A stretch of 64,000 nt of DNA, taken from Sphagnum compactum (taxonomy: Eukaryota). Both the position numbers and the translations under genes were made by a program. The stretch is taken from positions 1,922,001-1,986,000 of the forward strand of contig OZ234493.1 in assembly GCA_965153455.1 (NCBI GenBank), written 5' to 3'. This document shows, one piece after another, positions 35,716-49,127 of this stretch. The notes below the pieces were generated by a model. The model saw only the letters and a program-made list of their open reading frames with translations. It was not told the origin of the DNA and did no database searches. Within the stretch, counting starts at the first letter, position 1. Each line of letters opens with the position of its first letter.

Positions 35716-38700
35716 AAAGATAAGGAAGGCTAACTGAAAGCACGTTATAACGGAGACAAGGAAGAGAGTTAAGCAAAATTGAGCTTCTCGGGTATGTTTC
35801 CCATCTCTCTAGTCTTCTTCGTCTTCCATTGCTCTGCATCACCACTGAGACAATCAATTGACACAAGGTCAAAATATTGATATAAATTCATTGCTTCCTT
35901 GAGTCCTACACCATCAAAAACAAAAACAAAAATTCCATGATCATATAAATTTTTCATGAAATCATGTCCACTTTTGTTAGTTATAAAACATGAAATTCAA
36001 TCTTTCAACACATTAGTTATATAAGACATGACATTCAATCTTCGCCAACTTGAAAATACTAGAACCCAGCATGCAACCAGGGAAAAAGCTTTGGATTTAT
36101 GGAATGTACTCTAGTAGTGAAATAAATCTTTAAATTTCAATTGAATCTTTCACTTTGAAAATGTGAGAAAGAGGGGAGAATAATTGCAAAGGAGATGGAG
36201 ATTTATTAATTTAATAGTACCTTCATTCTCCCCGTTTTTTTTTTTTTTTGTTTTTTAATTTCCCTTATATGTTTGCACATGATTTTCATTAGTTTGTCAT
36301 CATTTATGTCAATCTTAGTTTTGATTTTATTATTGTAGTTAATGTGTCTTGAATTCAAATGTGTGTTGCTATTTCTTGGGAGAATAAAAGCATTAAATTT
36401 TCACATGGTTTAATTGAAAGATGATGATATAAAATGGTGAATATGAAATGGGTCTAGCTTGGAATTGTCAAGTTGTGAACCATATGATAGATTATGCAAA
36501 AAATTCCTATTCTAACGATGATATCTTATTGCTAAAAAAATTTATTTCGACTTTTGGTTTGAGTTTGTCCCAAGGATTAGAGTCAATACATTTTTAGTGA
36601 ACTCCATGGAACAAATCCTATTTTAATTGTTAAGGGCACTTTGTTGGCTATCCCTCTAGGGCAAAGACTAAAGACAATTGGACAACATAGAGTATACATT
36701 TTGGTCCCATTTTTTTTTAAGGATGTTCACAATGTGTGATTGTGAATTGGGTGCGCATTTTTTGGGAATTTTCATACATAGACATTTTCCTATCTTAAAT
36801 GATGTTGGTTTGAACCAATATTGGTTGATTCACCCTTTCTAAGAAAACTTCTAATCTCAAGTTTGACATTTCAAAACAATTTTGGTTGGTTTTCTAATTG
36901 TAGGGTTTGAGCCTAATTCTTCAAATTTTTATACTTTTTTCATTTCAAAGATGGCACATTTTTTTCAAATTTGAGACCTTTAGGTCTAGCTCAAAAGCCA
37001 AGCCCAATTCCATGCACATTACACACTCCCCAAGTTTGGAGATTGTATAAGTATGAAGTTTTACAACATGGATGACAATCGTATAGGTTTAAAGTTATAC
37101 AATTAATTAAAGTTTTCTTTATTTGTCAACTTTCAAAAGATGTCAACTTGTTTACTTTAAAAACTTAACCTTGTGTCCAAGAGTTAATTACTTAATGCAA
37201 GACTTTGAAATAATCTTAATAAAGGTACTATCATGTAACGCTAGCAATTTTTTATTAAGTCCTTTCCAAACATTTGGCCATCAAATATCACCACAATCCT
37301 AGTTTTCACGCTACTCCTTAAAAATAACTTTAAACCTTGAACCTAGATCAATGAGGGTAACATTTTTCTTTGTGAGTTGTGAACTTGACAATCCATGTGC
37401 AAAGAAGGTGAGAACACACATCACAAGGAAAAAAAATTATAGCATTGATCAAACAACCTTTAACAATTTATTGACAAACTTATGTAAATGTCAAAAGATT
37501 TGTTTAAGTCACATGATCACTTCGTAGGTTTAGTTGTGTAATGTTTATGATCTTCCACATAATCACCATAATTAAAAGATTGTCACCATCTCTAAGGTTT
37601 GATGTGGTATAATGGTCTTGTTTTCTACTGCCTACTTTACTTCCACTTGGTGGGTGGGTGCATGTGGTCTCAATGCAACCCCCATGTAATTGGGACAAAC
37701 ATTTAAAAATATCTCAACTTTAACATTCATTTTTTCCTTAAATGTAAAAAGAATTTATTTATTAAAAGATATATATTTATACCTCATTCTCACATTTTTT
37801 AAATGACATTTCAATTCATTTTTTAATTGTTTATAATTTTTTTCCATATTTTTGCACTTTCTTTTATGAACCCAACATGTGGTGTGATCTTCTAGGCAGC
37901 AATTGGTATGTCATTATGCTTGCCATGATCAACAACGAATGCAATATTCACAAGGATGGACCAACAAAGGAAAAGTAACAAAAATCTATAAATATTTCGT
38001 CCTTTGTGCATAAGCCTACTAACATGGTGTGGATTCGGGATTTATTGTGTGTGTTATCATGACTCCATTGTTGTTTCAGTATGTTTATCCATCTTTTTCG
38101 ACTTATTTCATGTTTTTTTCATCTTATTTTTTTGTGTGAAATGACAATGTTTTTTGTTGGATCTTACTTAATCTTTGTAATGCTTGGTCTAAGTGGTGTT
38201 ATTAGCTTCCATCATCAACAAGTGTAGGAAAGGTGAAGGAGTCAATTTTTGCACATATGTATTTATTTCTCTCTAACATGTCCTAGCATGTCATTGAACC
38301 ATTTTTCTTGTTATGGATAACTTATTTCACTAATTGTTTGTTTCATGTGAATTCAAAAAATTATGTTTGCTAGCTTTAGTTGCATTTGTAAAAGGTTCAT
38401 TTGTTGAAGGATTGAATGGCCGCAATTTAGCATAAGTTGCTAGTACAAGATGTGTGGTCTTAATAAGTACACAACAATTTGCTAATGTTCTATACATTTT
38501 CATATGGAGACAAGGTTGTTAGTAAGAAATGATTATGTGGATGCAGAACGTTGTTGTCTCTTTCATAAGGAAATGAAAGAAAAGACCACTAAAGAAAATT
38601 GGGTGACACTTATTTAGGATTATCATCAATTGAAGGTCCAAACTATTAACTTACATTAGATGTTAGTACACAAATTGGCAATTTGAAAATTGGCATATCT

Positions 38701-41700
38701 TGAAAAGAAATTAATCGTGTTGTTACAAGTGATGTTACACATGCTCTAATAGAACTTTCCATACATGGTGAAATGTTGTATTTTGCATTTTTATATATTC
38801 TATCCCCATGTGCTCTTTAGTAATTAAATTAAATTATTGATGTTTTTGGTCCGCTCCTATAGGTTTTGTTTAATGATGTGATGAAACCTTCTTGAATTTT
38901 AGTCATTGTGTACCTACTAGCTACGCCCATGATTTAAGGTTTGTTTTTCTTAGGTTGAACTTCTTCCACGTGGGATGGTGAATTGCATCATCTTGATTGT
39001 TATGCTAAAGAGCATGTTCACACCATAGTTGATGAAGGAATAATGCTTGCACCTCACCTCCATGGACCTATTTGTAGAAGAGGTTGTAGGTCTTGTTATT
39101 AGTGAACATGAGGTTGAAAACGATGCACTTTTCGCATAAGGATTATTGGGAATAATGGTCAACAATGTTTCTCATAAAACTTGGTTTGGTAATGTTTGCA
39201 TTTCAATTTAAGTAAAAATTTATTGGAAAAACGAAATATTATTAATACCATTTTTTTGCACTACTTTTTAGAAGGTTTAATAAGTTTGCTTTCATCAAAC
39301 TACTAATGAAACAATATTATTTGTGTTCTAATTGTTAGTAAAACAACCACCAGAAAAAAAAAACTTGAAACATTGAAAGGGCCATTTTTTTTTGGGGGGC
39401 AAAAGGTAATGATATTAAAAATTAGAATTTTGATTATTTTGGGCGCATTTTTATCCACTATCAAAAATATTAGTGGGCATCAACAAACTCATGACATACT
39501 TAAGTTTCATCATTCTTATTTTAAAGTGTTAGGGCCAATATTATTATTTTATGTAGCCACTTCATCAAAGTCCTAAAGGGCTCTAAACTTTTGTTTTGAA
39601 ATCATACAACCTATGTATCCATGCATGGGATTGGGTTGTAGTTAGTGTAAGAAAGTGCAAAATGATCACAAAATCCCTATTTTGTTTCATACATAATTTT
39701 TTATTAATCAATTAAGTTATTAAATGTTAGATGTTGGGATTATAATTACAACTATAAGTACATTTGCATTGGAATTTTAAGCAATGTATTTAATTTTCAT
39801 TTTATAAAAATCCAAGAATAACTTGTATTATGTGTTTTTGAATTTGGTCCACAACTTCAATTTTAACTTTTGAATTGAACATAAAATCAAAATTTAAGCC
39901 TTATATCCCTCTCACACTATATGTGTACTTCAACTACTGAAAACATAACACTATGAAAAAATAGGTGTTTTGCAACTAGGCTTATAACTAGGTTTTAGTT
40001 GCAATTTGGAGTTGCAACAACCACTTACAACTCAACATATTTTTACAACTTGAGTGTTATCAAACAAATTGCAAAAGTTATAATGACACAATTCATCATA
40101 TATGAAATTATATACATATGCAACTCATGCAACTATGTTCCAACTAAATCATTGCAAATACTATCCCAGTATGTTGCAATTATTGTGTCACTATGTTACA
40201 ACTACGTAGGCACCAATGTGTTGATGTAGCAATGATGTGCTAACAAATTATCAATGAACATGAAATTTTTTTATTTATTTCAATATTTGATATTTTATTA
40301 ATTTAATTGATATTATTCAACTTAAAGCCAATAAAATGTTGACACGTGGCTTTTAAGTCAATAAGTATGTAGGCCTCAAGTAAGTAAGCACTACTACTTA
40401 CATTTCCTAGGCTAGATAATTAGGTATGTGGTTAAGTTTAAATATATAGGTAGGTAGGTTGAAGTTAAGTAAATAAATCATTTGGGATAATTTTATTTTA
40501 TTTTGGGGTTAACTTTTAGGGCCAATTTTTTTTATTAGCTTATTCCAAATGTCACTTTTTGAAAAATATTTTTAATGCACCTAGATATATATTTAAAATT
40601 TTCAAAGGTAGGACAAACAATATGGGATAAAAAAATTAATTGCATCCAAGTTGCAACTCACTTACAATTCACTTACAACTACTACTAAACAGGTAAGTAG
40701 GCAAATGCTTAATCTTTTAAATAAAATTAGATTTTAATACATTGTCCCTTTGCCTATCAAGTGCCAAAAGGATTTTTTTATACCTTGACTTGCTAAACCT
40801 ATAATCATTTAGATTGCTCAAAAAGGACACAAAATGAAATAAATATGGTTTGAAAATTAAACAAGGTCAATGTTTGGTCACCAACCTAATTCACACTTTA
40901 ACATTCAATAGATTCATATTCTTCGTGACTTTTTAATGTTGTTCTTTTACCTTTATAACTTAAATAGTTAATGTAGATCTTAACTGGGTGCACCCATAAC
41001 ACTTTAAATTTTTGAAAATGAATAAAAAATAAGGAAGATATGATGTTTCAAAATAAAAAGGTCATTTTAAAAAAGACACATTATGTGATTCAACATGTTT
41101 TATTCTACTAAGTATATTAACTATTATAATTCATAACAATTAACAAGTAATAATATCAACTGTTAATCTAAATAATAATGTATAAATAATAATAATAATA
41201 AATTATTATTAATGTTATTAAATATTTATATTTATACTTTTTATTGTTATTGTAACTAATAATTGGGTAATTGCACAAAGATCCAATGTAATAGTTATAA
41301 AACAGTTGCAAAGTTGTTAATGAATATTTGGGTCCAAACACGTTATTAGGAGCCACACGTGCCCCCTTAGACAATTGTTTTATTTTTAGAATCTTTTTCG
41401 AATCTTTTAAATATGTCTTTAAAAAAACATTAAAATTTTTTAAAGTTTTTTTAATACTATTATGTTAAAGTGTATATTGAAAAATATCCAAAAATATGTC
41501 ATTAAAAAATATTTTCAAATTGTGCTTTTAATTTCAAAACTGCTTTTAAGTTACTTTTATGTATATTTTAAGTAGTGGTTACAAAAGGCTAAAAATCTTT
41601 ATACATATTTTTCATTAATTAAATTGATTCCAAATTTTTATGATATGTACATAATGTATTCACAATAACATTTTATAAAAAATAATTATTTTTATTTTTA

Positions 41701-42187
41701 TTTTTATTTTTTTACAATCCAAAGTTCAAAAAATAAAACAATGATTACGATTGTTAATGGTACATGTTAATATGAGTGCACCCATTTCATTTATTTCAAT
41801 TGTATTATAGTTACCATATGTGACTCTTGTGCAACTTACTAATAAAGTCAAACATGGTTTATCAAAATTAGTGTATATGTTGCGTACATTCATCCATGTA
41901 AGGGTCCATTTTGAAATTAATATGCAACTACAATAGAACTTTTTTGATGTGATATTTCATTTTTTAATCCCCCATATTTCCATGGAATAGTTACATATTA
42001 GTTGTTTTAGAATTTTAGTCGCAAAGTAATGAAATTTTAATAGACATGATTTCTCATAATGTGAATAAAACATCATCATTCATTCGAAAACACATCTTTA
42101 TTTATGTCATCCGAGAGTTCTTTCATAATAGCACTCAAACAATTTCACACATGTGCTCCTAATGTACTTTGCAAATGTCACAATTTG

Positions 42188-43007
42188 TGACGCGCTCCTT
42201 GGTCCCGGGGTGAACCCACTTGAGGGTTCACCAATGTGAAGTTGCGAAAAGTTGGGACCGAAGGGCACACTCCCGACTTCCAACTCTAGAAAGGGGTAGA
42301 GGGTCGAATTGGAAGCCCCAGGATTAGACTAGGACGAGGGACTAGTAGATCAAGCACGAATCTGCATCCAAAACCAACCACAAATGGGTTAGTTCACATT
42401 CGGGAACACCTTTGGGTGTTGGGACAAGCCACGGGCACTTTGGACTATTTGACTCACCACGGCCCGGACTCGGGGGAAGCCACCACCTTCCCCCTTATAG
42501 TATACTCTGCAGCTCGCCACGGAGGCTACATCCAAATGGCACATTTTCTTGGGACTCCCGAAATGGAGTCCCGAAACTGTCCCGGCGGGACTCCTAGAAC
42601 TTTGAACGGTCATAACTCCCGACTCCGGAATCCGATCGCAACGAGGTCTAAACCAAAGTTGTAGTCCTCATCAAGATCTTTTCAACGTCATGTTGCACTC
42701 CCCAAGGCGACGTCGGGAAAGGATCGATTCTTGACTTTTAGTGGTCGGGAGTCAAACTGCCAGTTTGACTCCCGGCCCTTCTTTTGCCCATAACTTGGGC
42801 TGCAAATGTCCGAATGGCAAATGTGAGGCCATTTTCGATATCTACGTTTCAAGACCTTTTCAATGACACCAAGAACACCTCAAGGCGAGGTGTTTTGGGC
42901 CTTTTTGTTGCGCTCTGAACATTCGGGAGTCCCGGAGGACTCCAAACCTCCAACTTTTCCAAGTGTTGGGCTTCACCCCCACACTTGGCCAAAGTGAGGT
43001 TGCGGCA
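42188..43007 (-). repeat. 3' LTR (820 bp)
   Basis: Direct repeat of 48311-49127, preceded on the minus strand by the polypurine tract. Confidence 0.95.
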
Positions 43008-43786
43008 CTCTCCCCCACTAGAAGAAAGAGGTCAATGTTCTCATTGACACTTAGAATTTTCCTTCATACAATTGCAATTGCTTTCTTTTGGATCCTTGGC
43101 CATTTGCCGACTCTTTGCGGCTTGGACCTTGTCTCAAACTAACTTAGGCGTCCCCAAGTTTCCAACACTTTCTTGACAAGTCCAAGAGGGTCTTGTAAGA
43201 AACCCTCTTTCTTTGCTTCGTAAAAAACTAAACTAGCCTAATTGACGAAGCCCTCATTTGGGAGGAACCTTTTTCCATCCTTCCCTTCATGAGGACTTAA
43301 GTCAAGTCTACTCTTGACCTAAGCTACTTGACATGACTCCTTTCCCTATCTCGCGCCTTGGTCACAACAACCAAGTCTTAACTAAAAGATTTGCTTATCA
43401 AGGTACGAGAAAGAATACTTAGGTTTGCCAAACCCAAGTCCCAAACTACACTTAGAGTATGTGAGCGGGGTCATGACTTCCCGCCTTGGCCACACTACCA
43501 ACCAACCCTTCGAGATGCACTTAAGGCATGTGCATGTCCCCGCAAGCTCACCTTGCTTGCCTCTTCCTTTGGGGCCAAGTTTCCTCAACCCCAAAGTAGG
43601 AGTCCGATTTTGATTTAGGCCTATGCAAGAAAGTTCCATTTGTCCATGCCACAACCCTATTTGCCTTAACAAAAATTTTCATGATACAATCTCTTGGAAG
43701 TTTTAAAGCCCTTTTTATTTCACTTGCAACTTGATGTGGTACATTTTATGCAACTCTCCCCCTCTAAAAGAAAGGTGATGTCTTCA

Positions 43787-46700
43787 TCACGCTCTACATC
43801 TTTTCTTCGCCGGTCTAGTGTGGAATTCTTCTATGGCTTCTTGGGCATGTTCCATGTCGGATTCATTCACCCAAGAAGCCTCTATTGCATGGTAACCTTT
43901 CCACTTAACTAAGTATTCCCGCTCTCGCCCTCTAAGTTGCCTTGATTTGAACACGGCCTCTACCTCAAACTCTAGTTCATTATGAACCAAGTTCGGTGGA
44001 GGCCTTGAATGATGCTTTCTATTAGGCCTTGAGGCGTCGCGGGAAACCAGCTTCAAAAGGGAAACATGAAATGTGGGATGAATTCTAATATTTTCTGGTA
44101 ATTCTAACTTATAAGTGTCGGAAAGTTTCTTTTCCAACACTTTGAATGGACCCGCATATAGGCCCATAAACTTATGACTTAACCCTTCGGGCAACCGGGA
44201 GTTCTTGATGTTCAACCACACTCGTCTCCTTCTTGAAACTTCACCTCTCATCGGGACTTGTCCGCAAAATCCTTGTACCTTTTGTGCGCCTTTTCCAAGT
44301 TGGCTTTTGCCAACTCCCATAAGCGCTTCCTTTCTTCATCAAGTTGTGTGACCATTGGCACTTCCTCACTTGCATCAATCGAAGGTTGTCCTTGTGCGGC
44401 CCAAGTCATGGGCATAATTGGTGACTTGCCCGTCACCATTTGGATTGGGGTGGATCCCGTTCCGGAGTGTACCAAGTTGTTGTAACAAAACTCGGCTAAC
44501 TCCAAATGATCCACCCAATCTTGTTGATCCGCCGCCACATAATTCCTTAGGAATTGTTGGATCACCAAGTTCACCCTTTCGGTTTGTCCATCGGTTTGGG
44601 GGCGGAATGAAGTGCTCATCTTGAGTTCCGACCCCATTCGCTTCCACAAGGCCCTCCAAAACTTACTCGTGAACTTTGGATCCCGATCCGACACTATGTC
44701 CTTTTGAAGGCCATGATGCTTGAAAATGTGGGAGAAGAACAACCTCCCCGTCTCTTGAGCCGTGGCTTCATCCTTTGTGGGGATGAAATGTGCCATTTTG
44801 CTAAATCAATCCACCACAACCATGATGGCATCGAACCCCTTTGAAGGGGGCAAACTTACCATAAAGTCCATTGACACACTTTCCCACGGCCCTTCAGGAA
44901 TTGGCAAAGGTTGCAACAAACCCGCTTGCTTTTTGTTGAGGGTCCGGTTTTGTTGACAAGTTAAACAAGTCTTCACGTACTCCTCCGCATCATCCTTCAA
45001 GTTGGGCCAATAGTAGGACTTCTTTAGGAATGTTGTGGTGCGCTTTGCACCACCATGGCCCGCAAGCGGCCCATCATGACATTTCTTCAAAAGTGTGTCC
45101 CTAAGTTTCCCTTCCGGCACATAGAGTCGGTTTTGTTTGTACCACAACAATCCATTTTTCAAATGGAAGTGGGACTTGGCTCCATTTTGGATGCTTTGCC
45201 TTGCCTCCTTGGCAAAAGCATCCTGGCGGTTCGCTAGCCTAACTTCCTTTTGAAATTCCGACTCTCCAACATACACCACTCTAAGTTTGTGTTTTCGGCT
45301 CAAGGCATCGGGGACTATGTTCTCCTTTCCCGGCTTGTGCCAGATGTCCACATTGAACAAGGCCAATGTGTCTTGCCACCTTTGTTGTTTTGATGACAAC
45401 TTGGGTTGAGTTGCGAAGTACTTCAAGGTCACATTGTCGGTCCACACCACCACATATTTGGAGCCTATGTAATGGCCCCAAGTCTTGAGACTATGTATGA
45501 CCGCCCACATTTCCTTCTCGTGTGTTGGCCACCTTCTCTCCGTTTCACTCAACTTCTTGCTTTCAAAGGCCACCGGTCTTCCATCTTGCACTATGACACC
45601 CCCAATTGCAAAGTCGGAAGCGTCGGAATGGATTTCAAACTCCTTGTCAAAGTCGGGCAACTTCAACACCGGCGCCTTCACCAAAATGCCCTTCAATGTT
45701 CCAAAGGCTTCGTCGCATGTTTCATCCCAATCATAAGTGACAGCGGACTTTTTCAAGAGGTTTGTCAAAGGGGCCGCTATTCTCGCAAAGTTCTTTATGA
45801 ACTTGTGATAATACGAGGCCAATCCTAAAAAGGATCTCAAGGCAGGAACCGAGTTAGGCGGCTCCCAATCCAAAATCGCCTTGACCTTGTGATCATCCAT
45901 CATCAAACCATCTTGAGTTATCCTATGCCCAAGGAAATCCACTTCCGTCACCCCAAACTCGCACTTCTCGAGCTTGGCATACAAACTTGTTCTCCCTTAG
46001 CCTTTGGAACACCTTGCGAAGGTGCTCCGCATGCTCCTCCATGGAGCTACTATAAATCAAAATGTCGTCTATGTAGACGACCACAAAATCGTCAAGCCAT
46101 TCGCGGAAAATGTCATTCATGAGGGTGCAAAATGTGGCGGGTGCATTGGTGAGCCCAAAGCGCATCACCAAGAACTCATATGACCCATACCTTGTGCGAC
46201 AAGCGGTCTTTTCTTCGTCCCCTTCCGCGATCCTTATTTGGTAATACCACGAACGTAGATCAATTCTACTAAAAACTTTGGCTCCCGAGAGACGATCGAA
46301 TAGATCATCGATGCGAGGTAAAGGATAACGATTTTTCACCGTTGCCTTATTGAGTGCTCTATAATCAACACACATCCTCAAAGTCCCATCCTTCTTGTGA
46401 ACAAAAAGGACGGGTGCCCCATATGGCGACTTGTTTGGTTTGATGTAACCTTTCGCGAGGAGTTCCTTAAGTTGAACCTTGAGTTCCTTCAACTCCTCGT
46501 GGTTCATTCTATATGGGGCCTTGGCGGGCGGTTCCACTCCTGGTATCACTTCAATCGCATGATCAACTCGTCTTCTTGGGGGCAAGTCTTCGGGCAAGTC
46601 TTCGGGCATCACATCCGGGAACTTTTCCAAAACCTTCCTTATGCACTTGGCGGAAGTCACCAACTTGGTGGCTTCCTCGGGCTCATACTCATCCAACACC

Positions 46701-48268
46701 CGCATGACACACATCATGCCAAAACCTCCCACGAGTTCACTTTCCCAAGCTTTTCCTAACATAAAGTGGATAGTTGGACCACCCACACAAGGCAACTCAT
46801 GTGCCTTGACTCGCACAATCCCACTTTTAGAGGGGATTCTAACTAACCTATTGTGCCCTTCAATGAGCACATTGTTTTGGGTAATGAATTCCATTCCCAA
46901 AACGCATTCCATTCCACCCAAGGTGGAAACTAACAAATCCACTTTTCCTCTCCAATTTCCCAATTGGAGAGGCACTCCCTTTGCTTGTAGTGTAGTTGGA
47001 TGGGGAACCCCATCCGCGAAATGCACCTCAATGGGTGCCTTGAGCTCCTCCAAGTGGAGTTCCATCCTTTCGGCGCTCTCACGAGTTATGAAGTTGGGAG
47101 AAGCCCCTGTGTCCAAAAGACATAAAATTTCCCACTTAGCAATCTTCCCTTTCAAAAAGATAAGTCAATTGCATTCCGGTTGGGCTAGAGTGGCATTGAG
47201 AGCAAGTACCTTAGAGCTCCCCACTCCCGATTTGGATTTGGGACAATCTTTGGAGTAATGCCCCACCTCGTTGCAATTGAAACATGCTCCCTTGGGTTTT
47301 GCTCCAAAATCTCCCTTGGGTTGGCTCCCTTTGAAGGGTGCCCCCTTCTTCACGAAGCTACCTTTTGGTTTGAACCCCGAGCCTTGGAATTGTTTTGGCT
47401 TATCCTTGGTTGGGCTACCTTACCCCCGGTTCCATTCCCCCTCATGCCTTGGCTTTTTGTGGAGGAACTTGTTGTCCTTCTTGAACCCGGATTTGTCACT
47501 CCGCCCCACATCCGAGAAATTCTCCACTTTCGTGATGGCCTCTGATAATGAGGCGGGCCAACTTTCCTCAAGCTTCCGCTTGGCCCAAGTTGGAAGCCCC
47601 ATCACAAATTGGCACACATGATCCAACTCGTGCATGTGCCGGATCTCCAACATGAGCTCGGAATAAGCCCTCACATATTGCCTCAAGTTCTCATTTTTGG
47701 CATTCACAAGATCTCGGAGCTTGCACCTCGAGATGTAGTCGGAGTTCCTCGGAACAAACTCCGATTCAAAGCGCTCCTTAAAGAACTCCCACGTGTAGCC
47801 ATGGTTCTTGCCCTCCTCTTGTCTTACCGTCCGCCACCATGTGGCGGCATAGCCTTTCAAGTAGGATTGGGCAAGCTCCACGGCGGAATTCCGTCCAACC
47901 TTGGCGGCATGAATATAGTCGTCCATTTCCGCAAGCCAAGCATCCACAACCTTGCGGTCGCGGGCACCATCGAAGTTCCCAGGCTTGGCCGGTTGAAACC
48001 TTTCACCCTTGGAGGTCCCCGTTTTGAAGGCCGCCACCAACTCACCAAAGTCGAGCCTATTCATCTTGAGGAGGACTTCAAGTTGCTCCGGGGTGAATAG
48101 GACCGAACTCCGTTGTTCCTCCTCACTTTCGGGTTCAACCTCGGGCTCATCTTGGTCCTCCCGAAAGTTTGGTTCCTCCCCAATTGATTCCGGCGGGGCT
48201 ACTAGGTCATCGACGGGCTCCTCGGACCTGGGCTCTGGAGCTAGCTTCCGGTTCTTCTTGAATGCCAT
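43787..48268 (-). pseudogene. Disrupted single-ORF gag-pol polyprotein
   Basis: Gag from MAFKKNRK, zinc knuckle CFNCNEVGHYSKDC, protease LLDTGAS, RT ([18 protein letters not shown]), RNase H (SDASDFAIG), integrase (H..H..C..C, SDRDPKF, GQTERVN) and chromodomain (FEVEAV...YLVKWKGY). In-frame stops at 47420, 47165 and 44806; frameshifts near 45985 and 44250. Confidence 0.93.
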
Positions 48269-48310
48269 CCCAAAATGTCTTTGAGCTTCACCTTGAGCTC
48301 TGATACCACG

Positions 48311-49127
48311 TGACGCGCTCCTTGGTCCCGGGGTGAACGCACTTGAGGGTTCACCAATGTGAAGTTGCGGAAAGTTGGGACCGAAGGGCACGCTCCCAAC
48401 TTCCAACTCTAGAAAGGGGTAGAGGGTCGAGCTGGAAGCCCCGGGATTAGACTAGGACGAGGGACTAGTAGATCAAGCACGAATCTACATCAAAAACCAA
48501 CCACAAATGGGTTAGTTCACATTCGGGAACACCCTTGGGTGTTGGGACGAGCCACGGGCACTTTGGACTACTTGACTCACCACAGCCCGGACTCGGGGGA
48601 AGCCACCACCTTCCCCCTTATAGTATACTCTGCAGCTCGCCACGGAGGCTACATCCAAATGGCACATTTTCTTGGGACTCCCGAAATGGAGTCCCGAAAC
48701 TGTCCCGGCAGGACTCTTGGAACTTTGAACGGTCATAACTCCCGACTCCGGAGTCCGATCACAACGAGGTCCAAACCAAAGTTGTAGTCCTCGTCAAGAT
48801 CTTTTCAACGTCATGTTGCACTCCCCAAGGCAACGTCGGGAAAGGATTGATTCTTGACTTTTAGTGGTCGGGAGTCAAACTGCCAGTTTGACTCCTGGCC
48901 CTTCTTTTGCCCATAACTTGGGCTGCAGATGTCCGAATGGCAAATGTGAGGCCATTTTCGATATCTAAGTTTCAAGACCTTTCCAATGACACCATCGCCT
49001 CAAGGCGAGGTGTTTTGGGCCTTGCTGTCGCACTCTGAACATTTAAAAGTCCCAGAGGACTTCAAACCTCCAACTTTTCCAAGTGTTGGGCTTCACCCCC
49101 ACACTTGGCCAAAGTGGGGTTGCGACA
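48311..49127 (-). repeat. 5' LTR (817 bp)
   Basis: Direct repeat of 42188-43007, followed on the minus strand after 2 nt by the tRNA-Met PBS. About 95% identity by eye (11 differences in the first ~245 bp). Confidence 0.95.

Larger units (their letters stand above)
42188..49127 (-). mobile_element. Full-length Ty3/gypsy chromovirus LTR retrotransposon, inactivated
   Basis: Two TG...CA LTRs and a 5-bp TSD ATTTG at 42183-42187 and 49128-49132. PBS TGGTATCAGAGC (48297-48308, minus strand) and PPT AGTGGGGGAGAG (43008-43019, minus strand). Internal order is gag, zinc knuckle, PR, RT, RH, INT, chromodomain. Confidence 0.97.

Noticed and set aside
37880-39200. Eroded coding-like sequence, possibly an old DNA-transposon remnant
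   Set aside because: There is no open frame or recognisable catalytic motif, so it cannot be supported without a profile search.
43020-43786. Extra env-like or antisense ORF in the long 3' region of the retrotransposon
   Set aside because: Only short (under 100 aa) non-ATG frames with no signal peptide, TM segment or known motif.
44258-48284. Numerous plus-strand ORFs over gag-pol
   Set aside because: Antisense shadows of a GC-richer coding region.
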